64,000 bases of DNA from the human T2T-CHM13v2.0 reference genome, Homo sapiens, in assembly GCF_009914755.1 (NCBI RefSeq), contig NC_060930.1, one strand, 5' to 3'. Below are positions 16,145 through 30,359 of the stretch, in pieces. The stretch's first letter is position 1. Each line of letters begins with the position of its first letter. Position numbers and translations under genes: made by a program. The notes under the pieces are model-generated. The model was not told the DNA's origin. It searched no databases and saw nothing but the letters and a program-made list of their open reading frames with translations.

Positions 16145-16524
16145 GATGTAGTGGGTCAATTTGACCCAGTTAGAGCATAGGCCTGAGATAAATTTCTCAC
16201 TGTTGAAAATATGCATGCGAGAGAAAATATGAGTGTGTGTGCGTACACATTTTCGTTTTGAAAGTTTTTGGAGTAGGACATTCTTAAGTCTGTAGATTTG
16301 TTAACATTTTACAAATTTCTGTACTTTAGTAATGAGAAACAAGGTTAGGCTTAACCTAACTAAAGAGATGGCATTTGCTGAGCTGATAAGATTTATTTTA
16401 CTGTCAGATATGTTCTACCGTAATCTCTTAAAAATGCATCTCTTGCCTTTAATCATAAGCAATATTGTTCAGCGAAAACCTTCTTAAAAATAATTGTCCT
16501 CCTTTACTTTTTTGCATACAAGTA

Positions 16525-16830
<306 letters not shown>

Positions 16831-16994
16831 TGCATACAAGTATTTAAATTCGAGCTCTTATATAGGTTTAAATTCAGCAAATTATATGCAGTATTCTTTT
16901 AGAGATTTCTACTTTGATTTTTAATAAGCCTGCTAACCAATGATGGATTTAGAAAGAGCATTTAAAATCTGAATAACTGTCTTTTTCTTTATAG

Positions 16995-17099
16995 ATGAGG
17001 CAGTTGGAACCCAGCCATTATGGCCTACAGCTTCGAAAATTAGTAGATGACAATGTTGAGTATTGCATCCCTGCACCATATGAATATATGCAACAACAG
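16995..17099 (+). CDS. TIAM2: TIAM2 coding exon (RBD), 35 aa MRQLEPSHYGLQLRKLVDDNVEYCIPAPYEYMQQQ
   Basis: ctttttctttatag|ATG acceptor, CAG|gtaagt donor, 105 nt phase 0-0. Confidence 0.95.
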
Positions 17100-17333
17100 G
17101 TAAGTGTGCACTAGCTTTAGGAAGGGAAACTGAACCACATCTATGGCCCTTTGATTTTGAAAAATGTCATTTTTGGGGAAAATTCTGTTTAAATTTGGCG
17201 TCTAGTTTGGAAACAGTCTCTATATAAACGGTATCTTAACAGCTTTCTTGTTTTATGAAAAATAGTGTCAAAGTAATTTTTTGAGGTATCATAACATGAG
17301 ATCCTCTGATTTTGTTGTTTTCACCTTTTGCAG

Positions 17334-17412
17334 GTTTATGATGAAATAGAAGTCTTTCCACTAAATGTTTATGACGTGCAGCTCACGAAGACTGGGAGTG
17401 TGTGTGACTTTG
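17334..17412 (+). CDS. TIAM2: TIAM2 coding exon (end of RBD, start of PDZ), VYDEIEVFPLNVYDVQLTKTGSVCDF(G)
   Basis: ccttttgcag|GTT acceptor, TTTG|gtgagt donor, 79 nt phase 0-1. Confidence 0.95.
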
Positions 17413-17953
17413 GTGAGTGTAAGGAATGCCCCTTTCAGGGAATTGTGTTGTTCATCTTTGCCTACTTTGCCCCAGCATCTTTGGACTTAATTTTTTCCCC
17501 TTACATTCACATTTTCAGAATATATGACAGTAGTTTCTGAACTTCCTTTCTCTTCCTTCATTTCTATTTATTGATATTAGCAGGTGACACAGATAGGTAT
17601 TAGTATTAGAGGGAAATGCCAAAGTAATTAAATGGAATGAATATAAAATTGATGGGAATTTGAAAATATAGATTAATAACACAATGAATGTACTGTGTGC
17701 TGGTGCTGCTCTGAGCAGACCAACTCATGATTCATATGACAGTTGCTTTCATCTCTAGTGTCTTTGCTCTTAGTTTTCTCTTCCCACCTGGAATGCTCCC
17801 CTTCTTTCCTCTTTCTTCCCCCATCCCTCCTCTCTGGTGACATGAATCCTGCTGTCCTTCAAGAACTAACTCAAGGTCTTTCTTGAAGAAGCCGTGTCTG
17901 ATTGCTTTAGCTTTACTTCCTTCTTTCTTCCCTGAGTTTAACAGTTGAGGGTC

Positions 17954-18264
<311 letters not shown>

Positions 18265-18322
18265 CAGTTAAGGGTCAGTACTTCTGAAGTCACTTCATAG
18301 CATCATTTCCTACATTTCTCCT

Positions 18323-18406
18323 TGATTAGATAATGATTGGTAAATACTTCCATAGAAACACTGAATGATTAGATAATGATTGGTAAATACCTCCATAGAA
18401 ACACTG
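18323..18406 (+). repeat. Tandem duplication, 41-bp copies, period 43, 1 mismatch
   Basis: tgattagataatgattggtaaatac(t/c)tccatagaaacactg at 18323 and 18366. Confidence 0.93.
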
Positions 18407-18532
18407 TTTCTTACCTTGTTAAATATATCGATACATGATTTTTTCCTTAAAATGATTCAAACTAATAATAAAGTTTATAATATGTTAAAATGTCCTTTTT
18501 AGGATGCCTTCGTTTTTTAAAAATTTGTATAA

Positions 18533-18982
<450 letters not shown>

Positions 18983-18995
18983 TGAAGACATTGCA

Positions 18996-19064
18996 AAGAT
19001 ACTCTCTGGTGAGACCATATTCTACCAGCAGAAGATACTCTCTGGTGAGACCATAATCTGCCAG
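18996..19064 (+). repeat. Tandem duplication, 33-bp copies, period 36
   Basis: aagatactctctggtgagaccata(t/a)tct(a/g)ccag at 18996 and 19032. Confidence 0.9.
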
Positions 19065-19410
19065 GCTCTGCTGGGGTCACAGCAGAGACCTAGGGAACAG
19101 GACATTCTTGCTGTCCTCAAAGAACTCTCCGTATTAGGGGACCAAGACATGGAAACCTGTGCTCCTCACTGTGGCATCACAGAGGGGGACACTAAGTCAG
19201 GAGCCATGCATTCAGAAGAGGGAAGGTCTGCCTAGGATTTGCATGTAGTCTTATGTATTTAGGGCAAGCACCGTATTCATCCAAGCATTTTTTCACCTTC
19301 TTAAAATGCTCAACCCCAAACATAGTTGTTTCTCAACAATTAGTTGTTGTATTGAACTGAATTTCATGTATTTCAGTGAGAGTATTTTTTTGCTGTTAAA
19401 TTTGCCTAAA

Positions 19411-19950
19411 TTTTTAATTGTGGTAATAGACATATAACATAAAATTTATCGTCTTGACCACTTTTAGGTGTACAGTTTTGTGATGTTAAGTACATTCACA
19501 ATGTTGTGCTACCATCATCTATCTCTAGAAATCTTTTCGTCTTGTAAAGCTGAACTCTGTACCCATTTAACACCAATTCCTCATACTGTCCTTCCCCCAG
19601 CCCCTGGCAACCACCAGTTTGTTAATACTTTGTATCTCTCGGAATTCCCCTAGCAACCACCATTCTATTAATACTTTCTACCTCTCTGAAGTTGACTGCT
19701 CTAGCTACTCACGTAAATAGTATCATACTGTGTTGTCTATTTGTGACTGACATATTTTACTTAGCATATTCTCCTCAAAGTTCACCCAAATTGTAGCATA
19801 TGCCAAGATATTTTTCCTTTTTAAGACTGAATGATACTCCACTGTATGCATAGATCACATTTTGCTTATCCATCCGTCTATTGACAGACAGTTGGGTTAT
19901 TTCCACCTCTTGGCTATTGTGAATTACGCTGTTATGCATGTGGGTGCATG
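19411..19950 (-). mobile_element. Old L1 (L1MB-like) 3' end
   Basis: ttaattgtggtaa..acatataacataaaattta...cccccagcccctggcaaccacc. Confidence 0.8.
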
Positions 19951-20181
19951 GTCTCACCTTTGGAATAAAAGTCATGTTTTTATATTTCTTAAGCCTCTCG
20001 TTTGACATTTGTCTTTTTCTGCCCCTGCAAGATATTTATACTTTCAAAATAGCTGTAATTTCGACTTTCTCAACATACTGTACTTATGAGAAAAGATGTT
20101 CAAGGAGATACTGCCGGTGTGGTTGGAGAAATTCAGTGTGGTGGGCTGAGACTTGCTTTTTCCTTTTGTTTTCATTCCTAG

Positions 20182-20274
20182 GGTTTGCAGTTACAGCGCA
20201 GGTGGATGAGCGTCAGCATCTCAGCCGGATATTTATAAGCGACGTTCTTCCCGATGGCCTGGCGTATGGGGAAG
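20182..20274 (+). CDS. TIAM2: TIAM2 coding exon (PDZ), (G)FAVTAQVDERQHLSRIFISDVLPDGLAYGE(G)
   Basis: ttttcattcctag|GG acceptor, AAG|gtccgt donor, 93 nt phase 1-1; completes the PDZ carboxylate loop DFGF across the junction. Confidence 0.93.
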
Positions 20275-20424
20275 GTCCGTGTGGCACACCGTGCCCCTGT
20301 TGCCTCTTAATTTGAAACTGTGGGATACAGTCTGGCTAGTGAATGTTTCTTCTTACAGTTTTGTCAGAAAAAGGTTGCTCCTGGAATTTTAAAGAAAGTA
20401 AACGTAAGAGTTTAATTGGAAATG

Positions 20425-21055
20425 CGACCAAACACAGCGGCTCGCTCCCATAAACCCAGCTACTCAGGAGGCTGAGGTGGGAGGATGGGAGGATTGCTTG
20501 AGCCCAGGAGCCCAAGACCAGCCTGGGAGACAGAGTGAGACTCCTGCCTCCGTAAAAAAGGACAGAGAGAGAGAAAAGAAAGAAAATGCATATGCCTATA
20601 TATAGAGAGAGCATGTGTGTGTGTGTGTTTAAAAGAGTAAGTGTATACATATATATAGACAGAGGGAAGGAGGAAGAGAGTGTGAGACAGACAGGCGGAC
20701 ACGGATGGAACAAAGTTAACATGGGAACACTAGAAAAAACAACGAATGAGTGGTTCTCAGGAGGCTGAGGCACAAGAATCTCTTGAACCGAGGAGACAGA
20801 GGTTGCAGTGAGCTGAGATCTTTCAAACTGTTTCTTCGAATAGTAGCTGTGAGAGAGCTAACATTTGTTTTGCTCTTAGTGGCATCTAAATACTATACAT
20901 TTTGGCCCTTTAATTCTTTTTTGTTTTTCTTATTTAAAAGACGAAGTCTTGCTATATAGCCCCAGGCTGGCCTCAAACTCCTGGGCTCAAGTGATCTTCC
21001 TGTCTCTGCCTCCTGATTAGCTGGGACTACAGGCACCTGCCACTGTGCCTGGCTG
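20425..21055. mobile_element. Cluster of Alu monomers/fragments (20425-20585 +, 20755-20820 +, 20915-21055 -)
   Basis: partial Alu motifs in the intron between the two PDZ exons. Confidence 0.65.
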
Positions 21056-21192
21056 GCACTTTCTTTGAAGAAAGCAACAAACAAAACAGTCCCTACGAGT
21101 ACATGGTTTGAGTTTGCAGCCTTCTTTCATCTGAAAATATTTCTCACAGTAATCCCTCTCTCTTTTTTCTGTTTCTCCTTCCTTTTTCTCAG

Positions 21193-21456
21193 GGCTGAGA
21201 AAGGGCAATGAGATCATGACCTTAAATGGGGAAGCTGTGTCTGATCTTGACCTTAAGCAGATGGAGGCCCTGTTTTCTGAGAAGAGCGTCGGACTCACTC
21301 TGATTGCCCGGCCTCCGGACACAAAAGCAACCCTGTGTACATCCTGGTCAGACAGTGACCTGTTCTCCAGGGACCAGAAGAGTCTGCTGCCCCCTCCTAA
21401 CCAGTCCCAACTGCTGGAGGAATTCCTGGATAACTTTAAAAAGAATACAGCCAATG
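21193..21456 (+). CDS. TIAM2: TIAM2 coding exon (end of PDZ and linker), (G)LRKGNEIMTLNGEAV...LDNFKKNTAN(D)
   Basis: long pyrimidine tract ...tttttctcag|GG acceptor, ATG|gtaagg donor, 264 nt phase 1-1; GLRKGNEIMTLNG is a typical PDZ motif. Confidence 0.95.
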
Positions 21457-21925
21457 GTAAGGCTTTGTTCTGTCTTCCTTCTTAACTGCTGGTATCAACA
21501 GCCAATATTTTTAGGCTGTAATTTTGCTTGCAAACTCAGATTATTTAAGCTGTTCAAAGAATGTTTTCTAATTTATTAGAAGAACACAGATGCCAACTGG
21601 AGTAGATTTTATCAAAATTTCATGCGTTTTAGTAATTATAGCGCTTTCATTAAAATAGAAAATAATTATTTTTGCACAAAATAACATTTAAAAAAAAATC
21701 ATGGACTCTTTAAAAATCACCCATAATGTTTAGTCTTGTAGTTCCTTTGTGACTGAAGGCAGATGAAAGCCTGCATAAATGACAAAGTGGAAAGATTTTT
21801 CTTATTTAGTTGAATCTAAGGCACAACCATTTTGCAGTCTTCTGTTGGGCTCTTAGAACAGCCCGTGCATTTCAGTTCAGTTATATCTTTTGTTAAGTAC
21901 TACTTTATTAATAAACAGCAAACTT

Positions 21926-22244
<319 letters not shown>

Positions 22245-23078
22245 AGTAAACAGCAAACTTTTAATGTAGGTCATGAATTTTAAAACTTTGTGAAGGCCTA
22301 AAAATGAAAAACTGTGTGCCAGTTTAGTTTTCTCACGGTAAGACTTCCATATGAGGAAATCATTTGAAGGTCTGAAGTTTTGAGTTGATCATTCATGTGT
22401 ATTTCATGTACTGCAGTCAAGTAAATTAGGGGCTCGGCTAGTACTGAAAACCAGTAGTTTCGCTTTATACCTCTGGAGAGCCCGGGTCAAGCTCCACAGG
22501 AGACCAAGTGTGGGGTCTTTTTCCTGGGAGAACACAGAGCAATTTTTATACTTAATTACGATAATAATGGATTTCCAATTGAAATCTCTGCATGATTACC
22601 AAAAATGAATGAAAAAACACCAAAGAGAAGTTGTTAGGATTGATTTAATTATAAAGGAAGTTTATTAGGTCATTTTTGGAATTAAAAAATCAGATGGTAA
22701 GATTTGCGATTCAATAAGGTATCTCGGCTTTCTCCTCCTCTCTTGGGGCTTTCCTCTAATTTAAAATGCCATTAAATGGACTATTGGCATATAAAAGTGA
22801 ATGTCATAAAACAAAAATTATGATGGAACTTATTAATTACTTGGGTATATTAGGGCCATCATTCAGCTACCCTGGGCTGCTGTTATGGGCCTGAGTATTC
22901 CATATAATACATACATGTGTCCATTTGTTGGATTCATTACTCTTGAGGGATACATTCACTACCTGTGTTATGTCTCTATGTATTTTATCATAATAAGAAA
23001 TTACCACAGAGGCTATAATACTTTTGGTACTTGCGGGAATGAATTCCTGTAGAAAGTAGAGAAAGGGGCAAATTTACC

Positions 23079-23382
23079 TTTTTTTTTTTTTTTTTTTTTT
23101 TTGAGACAGTCTTGCTCTGTCACCCAGGCTGGAGTGCAGTGGCGCAATCTTGGCTTAGTGCAACCTCCACCTCCCGGTTTCTAGTGATTCCCTTGCCTCA
23201 GCCTCTGAAGTAGCTGGGACTACAGGAACATGCCACCACGCCTGGCTAATTTCTGCGTTTTTAATAGAGATGGGGTTTCACCATGTTGGCCAGGCTGGTC
23301 TTGAACTCCTGACCTCAAGCGATCCACCCTCCTCAGCCTCCCAAAGTGCTGGGATTACAGGTGTAAGCAACCGCGCCCGGCT
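23079..23382 (-). mobile_element. Alu (S-like)
   Basis: Alu consensus, long T tract. Confidence 0.92.
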
Positions 23383-23445
23383 GTTTTTCTTTTCTTTTTA
23401 AATTTTTTTTTAAATAGTAAGGATCAAGCAGGTGAGTTAAGCCAC

Positions 23446-23447
23446 TT

Positions 23448-23478
<31 letters not shown>

Positions 23479-23480
23479 TT
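23446..23480 (+). repeat. (TTTA)n microsatellite
   Basis: Read directly. Confidence 0.85.
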
Positions 23481-24189
23481 GGCAAGGAAACAGAATAAAG
23501 AGGCAGTCCTGGATCTGTTAAATAGCTATTCTATTACTCATCTTAGGCAGCCATTCGGACTGTCTAATCCTTTACAACCAATGTCTGTGTGGACAGAGAG
23601 CTTAGTTAGCCAGGCAGGCACGGTGCTTGTCCACATCACGTCCTCCTGATGGAATCTTGCAGGTTCTTCCACTACCAGCCTAGTGGGAGCCACTAACCCT
23701 TTCCTGGTGTCCTGGCAAGACTGTGCTCTGTGGGTGTGACAGTCTCCCAGGCAGCGCCCCGCCCACCTCTGCCCTGAGCTTTACCATTCCTCCCCTCTCC
23801 TAAGCTCCAGGTGGCTGTTCCATAGTGATGTCGCCTGTGCTGGAAAAAACAGCCCCAGCAGACTCCTTCCCCAGACACCACAAACAGAGGCTTTTCTTTT
23901 TCTTTTCGAGGTAGTTGCGTTGCTTGTGAAGGAAGTTACATGCCTTTGGGCAAACATCTCAGAAGGAAGTCTTCCATTTTGAAGGTTGAGGGGAAAAGAA
24001 AATAAGGGTAGGTGGGTGGATTAAAAGATAAAAGTGAAAAAAGACCAGGTCTCTCATTCATATGCAACATCTGAATGACAAGAGAAGCCTGTGTTTGTGG
24101 AAACTCTGAGAGATGGCAGGGTGACAAGCATACAGGTTTTGAGTCAGACGTGGGTTCAGGTCCTGGGCTGCCCTATACTGGTTTTTTGA

Positions 24190-24470
24190 CTCACCCAGGG
24201 AGTTCTGGGCTTTGGTGGATGCTACCCCAGCCTCTTTACCCTGGTGGAAACGGTTCTGAGGTGCAGTCTACACAGCTCTGCAGATGGGCCCTGGAATGAG
24301 CCCCAGCTGTACACAGCAGCCTCGCTTTCACACCTCCCATGGGCTTCCTGCCCTTCTTGCCTCACTGTCCCTACCCCTTCCTTTGGGAATCTCGGGGTCA
24401 CCTTCCAAATAAACTTCTGTACTCAAGTCCTTGACTCAGACTCTGCTTTTAGGGGAGCCCGAATGAAGAT
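24190..24470 (+). mobile_element. LTR16-like ERVL LTR remnant inside a MIR
   Basis: 3' motif caccttccaaataaacttctgtactcaagtccttgactcagactctgctttt. Confidence 0.6.
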
Positions 24471-25513
24471 GCTGAGCCTCACTTTTCTCATCCAGAGGAT
24501 AATGTTTCTCCCCTGCCCCTGTGGTCCCTGTGAGTTTGGGGGAGTTCCTGTCTGTGGCATGTTCAGCCCAGCGTTTCACTTGGCAGGAATTCTGAAAACG
24601 TGCTTCTCCTCCTCCTCCCTCGCTTTTGCAGCTTCCTGTTTTATTAAAAATTACCTTGATTTACTTTTGCAATGAATTAGAAAACAGTAATCCCATTTTT
24701 TAACTAAAAAAGTTAAAATTTACGGAAATCAAAAATTTAAATGACTTTGAAAAACAGTTTTTAATACAACTTTGAATTATAACTTAGCAGTGGCCGGCCA
24801 TTTGAGAGCCTGCCTTTCCCTAAATTTCACTTTCCCTTGGCATTGCTAGAAGGCAACCATGTACTTGAAAAGAAGGAAAGTTCTGTTTGCTTTTCCAGAG
24901 AAGCCAATCCTTTGCTTGCTATAAAAACCAAATGGCTGGCTCTCTGGGAAAGAAGACCTGTTTTTTTAAAATAGAAATTATAAGAATATCAGAAAGTAGA
25001 TGAAAAGGAAAGCCTTAAGCACTTGTTTGGGCTTATGTTGCCCTTCCAAGCAGAATATTTATAGCCCCCTGTCGAGCACTTAAAATGTGTGGGGGACCCT
25101 GGGAACAAGCTACACAGAGTTCAGGGCTTTCAGTCATATCCTGAAGTTTACGTTGCTTAACTTTTGTCTCTTGATCAGTTTCAAGTGGGAAAAAAAATCT
25201 GTCTCTGTCTATATCTCTATATCTAATGAATCTTTTACTGAAAGAAGTGTTAGTCACAGTGGCAGGTCCCAGGAAGCTAGGGGGTTGCTTGTGGGTTGCT
25301 ATTAAGGTTCTGCTTTTCTAGAAAAGAAGCATCCTTGCAGTATTTGACATTCATTGATACTAATAATGTTTAGGAAAATGGGTCTCAAACTTCCTAGTGC
25401 CCAAGACTCACCTGCTGAGCTTAATGAAAATGCAGATTCCAGGGTTTTGCTGTGGGTGCACCTCCTGCAAGAGGCTTGGGGCAGTGCAACCCCCCCTCCC
25501 CCACCCCGCCCCC

Positions 25514-25821
25514 TTTTTTTTTTTTTTTTTTTTTTTTTTTGAGATGAAGTTTTGCTCTTGTTGCCCAGGCTGGAGTGCAATGGTGCAATCTTGGCTCACC
25601 GCAACCTCCACCTCCTGGTTCAAGGGATTCTCCTGCCTCAGCCTCCCGAGTAGCTGGGATTACAGGCATGCACCACCACGCCTGGCTAATTTTGTTTTTT
25701 TAGTAGAGACAAGGTTTCTCCATGTTGGTCAGGCTGGTCTCGAACTCCCAACCTCGGGTGATCTGCCCGCCTCGACCTCCCAAAGTGCTGGGATTACACG
25801 TGTGAGTCACTGTGCTCGGCC
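25514..25821 (-). mobile_element. Alu (Sp/Sq-like)
   Basis: Alu consensus. Confidence 0.92.
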
Positions 25822-28800
25822 GCAAGCCCCATTTTTAACTTGCGCAGGTGTGGAAAGCAGCCTTGGAGAGCCAGCCTCTCTAGCCTGCATTGGCTGGAGA
25901 GCAGCCCCAGGGCTGGCGTGAGCACTCCCGCTGCCCCTTGGCCATTAGTCTACAAGAGGTGGCCTGAACTGAGGCAGTAGGACTTACTGTTTCCTGAGGC
26001 CTTCTATGCCGAGGTTTTGAGGATGGAATGAGATAATGTGTGCAAAGTTCCTGGCACATGATCTCTGTTGCGCATGTGTGTTCTTAGGAATTGTGTGTCC
26101 CAAACCTCCACCATTGTCTTTCCTCGTGCGCTCAGAATGCAGGCAGTCGACTCTTAGCTCACCTCGTTTATTGCTGGGCCCGTGCTTGGAAGACACCGTG
26201 TTCCATTTGGCAAATCGCTTACACTGGGAAGCAAAGAACTTCCAGCATTCACCAGCTTCACTCCACTATGCCTGTGATGCTCTGTGAGGAGCGGAAGAGA
26301 CAGGAATATATGGAGAATCGTTGAGGGTTCAGTATGAAGTTCCTCTGTTGCCTACAAAATGAGTGACCATTTGATTTTGCCTAGAAGGGCTTAAATTTCT
26401 GTTCTAGTTATTCACAGTGGAGAGAGGAAATGTCCGTAGGCTGTATTTGACTTGAGCGGAAATATCATCTGTAAAAACTTTTTATGGAGAGAATTAATTT
26501 TACCACTGGAATTCCCCAGAGAGGCCAGTGTTATTTCAGAGCCAACAAGGCAACCATTGAAGGGATTGGACAGGCCAGACCTGTTTATACTGGGATCCTG
26601 TTAATGCCATACTTGTGATTTGTGTATGAAAATCCCTTTTCTAGTGTTTGCCATCTTTTGAAACATTCCAGCAGCTTTTAAGAAAGTCTCATTGGGCATA
26701 GAGTTTCTGAATAAAGTCTTTATGTAAACACTGAACTTGTCGCATTAATGAATTCTCCATCTATAAACAGCCATTAATCCTACCTTGTTAGGATTGGAGG
26801 TGTATTTAATAGGGGACAAAAATAGAAAAGACCTATGTTCCTCCTTCCATTTAGACGATGTAAATCCAACACAGGCTTACCAGATGATGAAGGTAATTGC
26901 AGCCTGAGGTTCTTTTTTTAGCCTCCACGCCCCCTTTGAATCATTCTTTTTTTAAATCGCTGTGAGTAGCGTTGAGTCTCAAGCTACCAGAAGCCACTTC
27001 GATGTAAATTTGCTCTTTGGAATGAATTGCTCTTGGGAATGTATGTGTCCATTATATAGCTTCTCACCAGGGAAAAGCATTATAGAGCCAGCTCTGATGT
27101 GGCAAACCCACTTATTTCCTGTTTATGAGAGTGAGGGCATTTTGGCTTCCATAGCCTGTTTAGGATGACTAACAGCATTTAGCTCAGAGAATGCTCTGTT
27201 TGTGTGTAAAACTGCTATTAGTGAGTCTGGCTGGCTGATACCCCAGATTTCCAGATGTAAAAACATATTAGTGTTCCTAAAGATGAGTGGTACTTTTTTT
27301 TTTTTTAAATCAGAAAACAATCTGATTGGGAAATACTGGTTTTACCAGGACACAGAACTTTGGTCTCAGAATTACGAGTTTGTTTTGTCTGTGCTGAAGA
27401 TCGGTTTCATTTCCACCAGTGTGGAAGTGAGCGTGTGGCTTTCTTTTAGTGGTGGAAAAAATTAAGATCCTGGATACTAATTTCCTTATAAAACTTAGTT
27501 TTGTTTGATTCTCTTTTTCTTATTCTCAGTCATTTATTTATTCACTTGTGTATTTAACAGATAACCTTTTGTTAAATGTCGAAGGTACATAAAGGTGAAT
27601 TACACATTATTTCATACTCTCAAGAAGCTCATAGTTGAATTGGAAAACACTTGTAAATCCTGGCTCCAAAGAAAAAAAAAATTGCAATGAAGAGAATTAG
27701 AGGTCAGAGGTGGGATTTCCACTAATTTTTCTGTTTTACAAGAGCAAAGGCACCCAGAAGCAAGGCACAGGGCTCTCAGCATCAGCATCAGAGGACAGTT
27801 TCTAGAAGGGTTTGTGTTTGATCTCAGCGCTGCAGTTGGACAGGCCATGGACCTGGAGGTGTGTGGTGGGGGGATTTGGTGGAGGGAAGGGCCTTTCACA
27901 TAGAGCAAGCAAGCTGGAAGACAGAGGCTGCATGTAGAGGTCACGGGAAGAAAGGTTGGAAAGTCTATTGGGGCCAGATTGTAGAAAACCCTGAATTCCA
28001 GGAATTTATAACGTATCGTTGCATGTATCTGAAAAACCAACTAGCTAATTAACTAACTAATGAATATTGTATTACTACTTCCCCCTGCCTTCTATAAAAT
28101 ATAGAGAACTTGTCTGCTCATTTGATGGCCACTGGAGTGTGTGTGTGACTTGAAAAGCTTGCCCCTGCCTGTCACCTCTCTGATCCCACCACTCTAGCTT
28201 CATTCCTTTGGATCTTAAAGTATTGTCATGTTGAATGATCAGAAGCCCCTTATAAAATAAATATTCAGATGTTTTAGAGGAAAGAGTGAATAAAGGAACC
28301 CCTATATGTTCTCTGTAAAACCTAAGTCTTCCTCAGCACTGGGAAGCCGTCTCCACTAAAGTGTGGTCCTCACCGGTCCCCTTTAGGGGTGAGGTAGATG
28401 GATTAACATCCTGCTGGCCTGTGACAGGGATGGCTGGTGGGGAGGGGACACCCCATGGCAAAGAGGACCAGGCAGTATGAGGGTCAGGAGGAGAGATGTT
28501 AAATAAACGTTCCCAGCATTTTGAGTAAAAATCAGTCTTGGCTTTTCTCTCCGAACATTAACTATAAATACAACTTTCAGATAAAAATCTACAGAAGTTC
28601 TCTGAAGCACACTGTGTGAAATATCTGTTGGCTCTGCCACTTTTGATAGACATTTGAGAGTTTGGGATGCCAGGCAGGTCTCCTATGAAGGTAGAGTGAG
28701 CCGGCTCTCTATGAAGCAGTAGTTCTATGAAACTATTGGCTGCTGAGAAGAGGAAACTTTACAGCCTGTTACATAAGGAAAAGGAAAAAAAAAAAGATCT

Positions 28801-29109
28801 CACTTTCCTGTCGGTGTTATGAGTACTGGCTGCCAAATGGTGCTTGTTTGTGTTTCTATTTTTTTCCTCCTTCTTTTGTAAGGGGCTTGAAAATGAATTC
28901 TATTTCTCACTTTATTCCTGCCTGTGAAGGAAGTGAGATCATTGGGAAGGACCAAGTATGAAAATCTTCTTTTTAGCTCTCGTGTTTAGAGATAACTGTA
29001 TTGTGACACTATCTTCGCTTTTTCAGATTGGTAATACATGCGCATGGTACAAAATGCCAGCAGTGTAGAAGGGTAAACGGTGACAGCTAAGTCCCCCTAA
29101 GCTACATCG

Positions 29110-29320
29110 GGCAGTGGTGAAGAGCATGGACACCATCTGATGACCTGGTTCAGGTCCTGGCTCCAGCCTCTCCTACTCACTAGCTGTGTGACCTTGGACA
29201 AGTCACTTAACCTGAAAGCTCAGTTTTTCCAAGTGTAAAATGGTCTAGGATTTTTGTAGGAGCAACGGACTAGTATTTGGAAAGCACCAGATACTGCCTG
29301 GCACGTAGTAAATGCCATGT
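29110..29320 (+). mobile_element. MIR
   Basis: core actagctgtgtgaccttggacaagtcacttaacct. Confidence 0.75.
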
Positions 29321-29453
29321 AAGTGTGTGTTGAATACGCAGATACATTCCTCCTACCCTGTTCTTAGCCATGCAGTGTCTCTTCCAGAGGTCATCATTGT
29401 TCTTAGTGTCTTTCTCATCCTGGCCTGGAGAATTCTAAATATTGGGGAAAATT

Positions 29454-29765
29454 GGCTGGGCGCGGTGGCTCATGCCTGTAATCCCAGGACTTTGGGAGGC
29501 TGAGGCAGGCCAATCATTTGAGCTCAGCAGTTCAAGACCAGCCTGTGCAACATGGTGAAACCCTGTCTTTACTAAAAATACAAAAATTAGCCAGGCGTTG
29601 TGGCGCACACCTGTAGTTCAAGCTATCACTCGGGAGGCTGAGGCAGGAGAATCGCTTGAACCCAGGAGGTGGAGGTTGTAGTGAGCCAAGATTGCGCCAC
29701 TGCATTCCAGCCTGGATGACAGAGTGAGACTCTGTCTCATAAAAAACAACAACAAAAAAAAAAAA
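29454..29765 (+). mobile_element. Alu (S-like)
   Basis: TSD attggggaaaat. Confidence 0.92.
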
Positions 29766-29826
29766 TTGGGGAAAATAATGGGGTATTTTTCTGCCTTGTT
29801 TTTACTCCATTGTCTTAGTACATGGC

Positions 29827-30272
29827 TATGGTGGAGAGAATAATGGCCCACCCCAAACATGTCCACATTCGAATCCCCAGAACCTGTGAATATGGCAAAA
29901 GGGATTTTAAATTTCAAAAGACTTTGAAGATATGATTAAGTTAACTATCTTGAGATGGGGGATGGATTTTCATGGATTATGTGGGGGGCCCAGTGTAGTC
30001 ACAGGGGTCTTTACTGGAGGGAGGAGGGTCAGAATCAGAGAAGTAAATGTGATGAGGGAGGGAGAGAGTTGACAGCCACGAGCCAAGGAATGCAGGCAGC
30101 CTCTAGAATTTGGAAAAGGGATGGAAAGAGTCCTCCCTTACAGCCTCCAGATAGAACACAGCCCTGTGGCCTTAATCTTCTGATTTTCAGAACTGTAAGG
30201 TAATAAACTGAGTTTACATGTCAAGCACCATGTTTGATGGCAGAAATACAAACATGAAAAAAAAACAACACA
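29827..30272 (+). mobile_element. MLT1D-like MaLR LTR
   Basis: gaataatggcc..cccaaa..atgtccac...gaacctgtgaatat...ccaaggaatgcaggcagcctctaga...aataaa. Confidence 0.75.
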
Positions 30273-30359
30273 GTTCTGGTATTCGGGGTGCTATGGTCTG
30301 GAGGCAGACGTGTGTACAGACAGCAGTCATAATCCACTATTGTCATTACTCTAGTTTTA

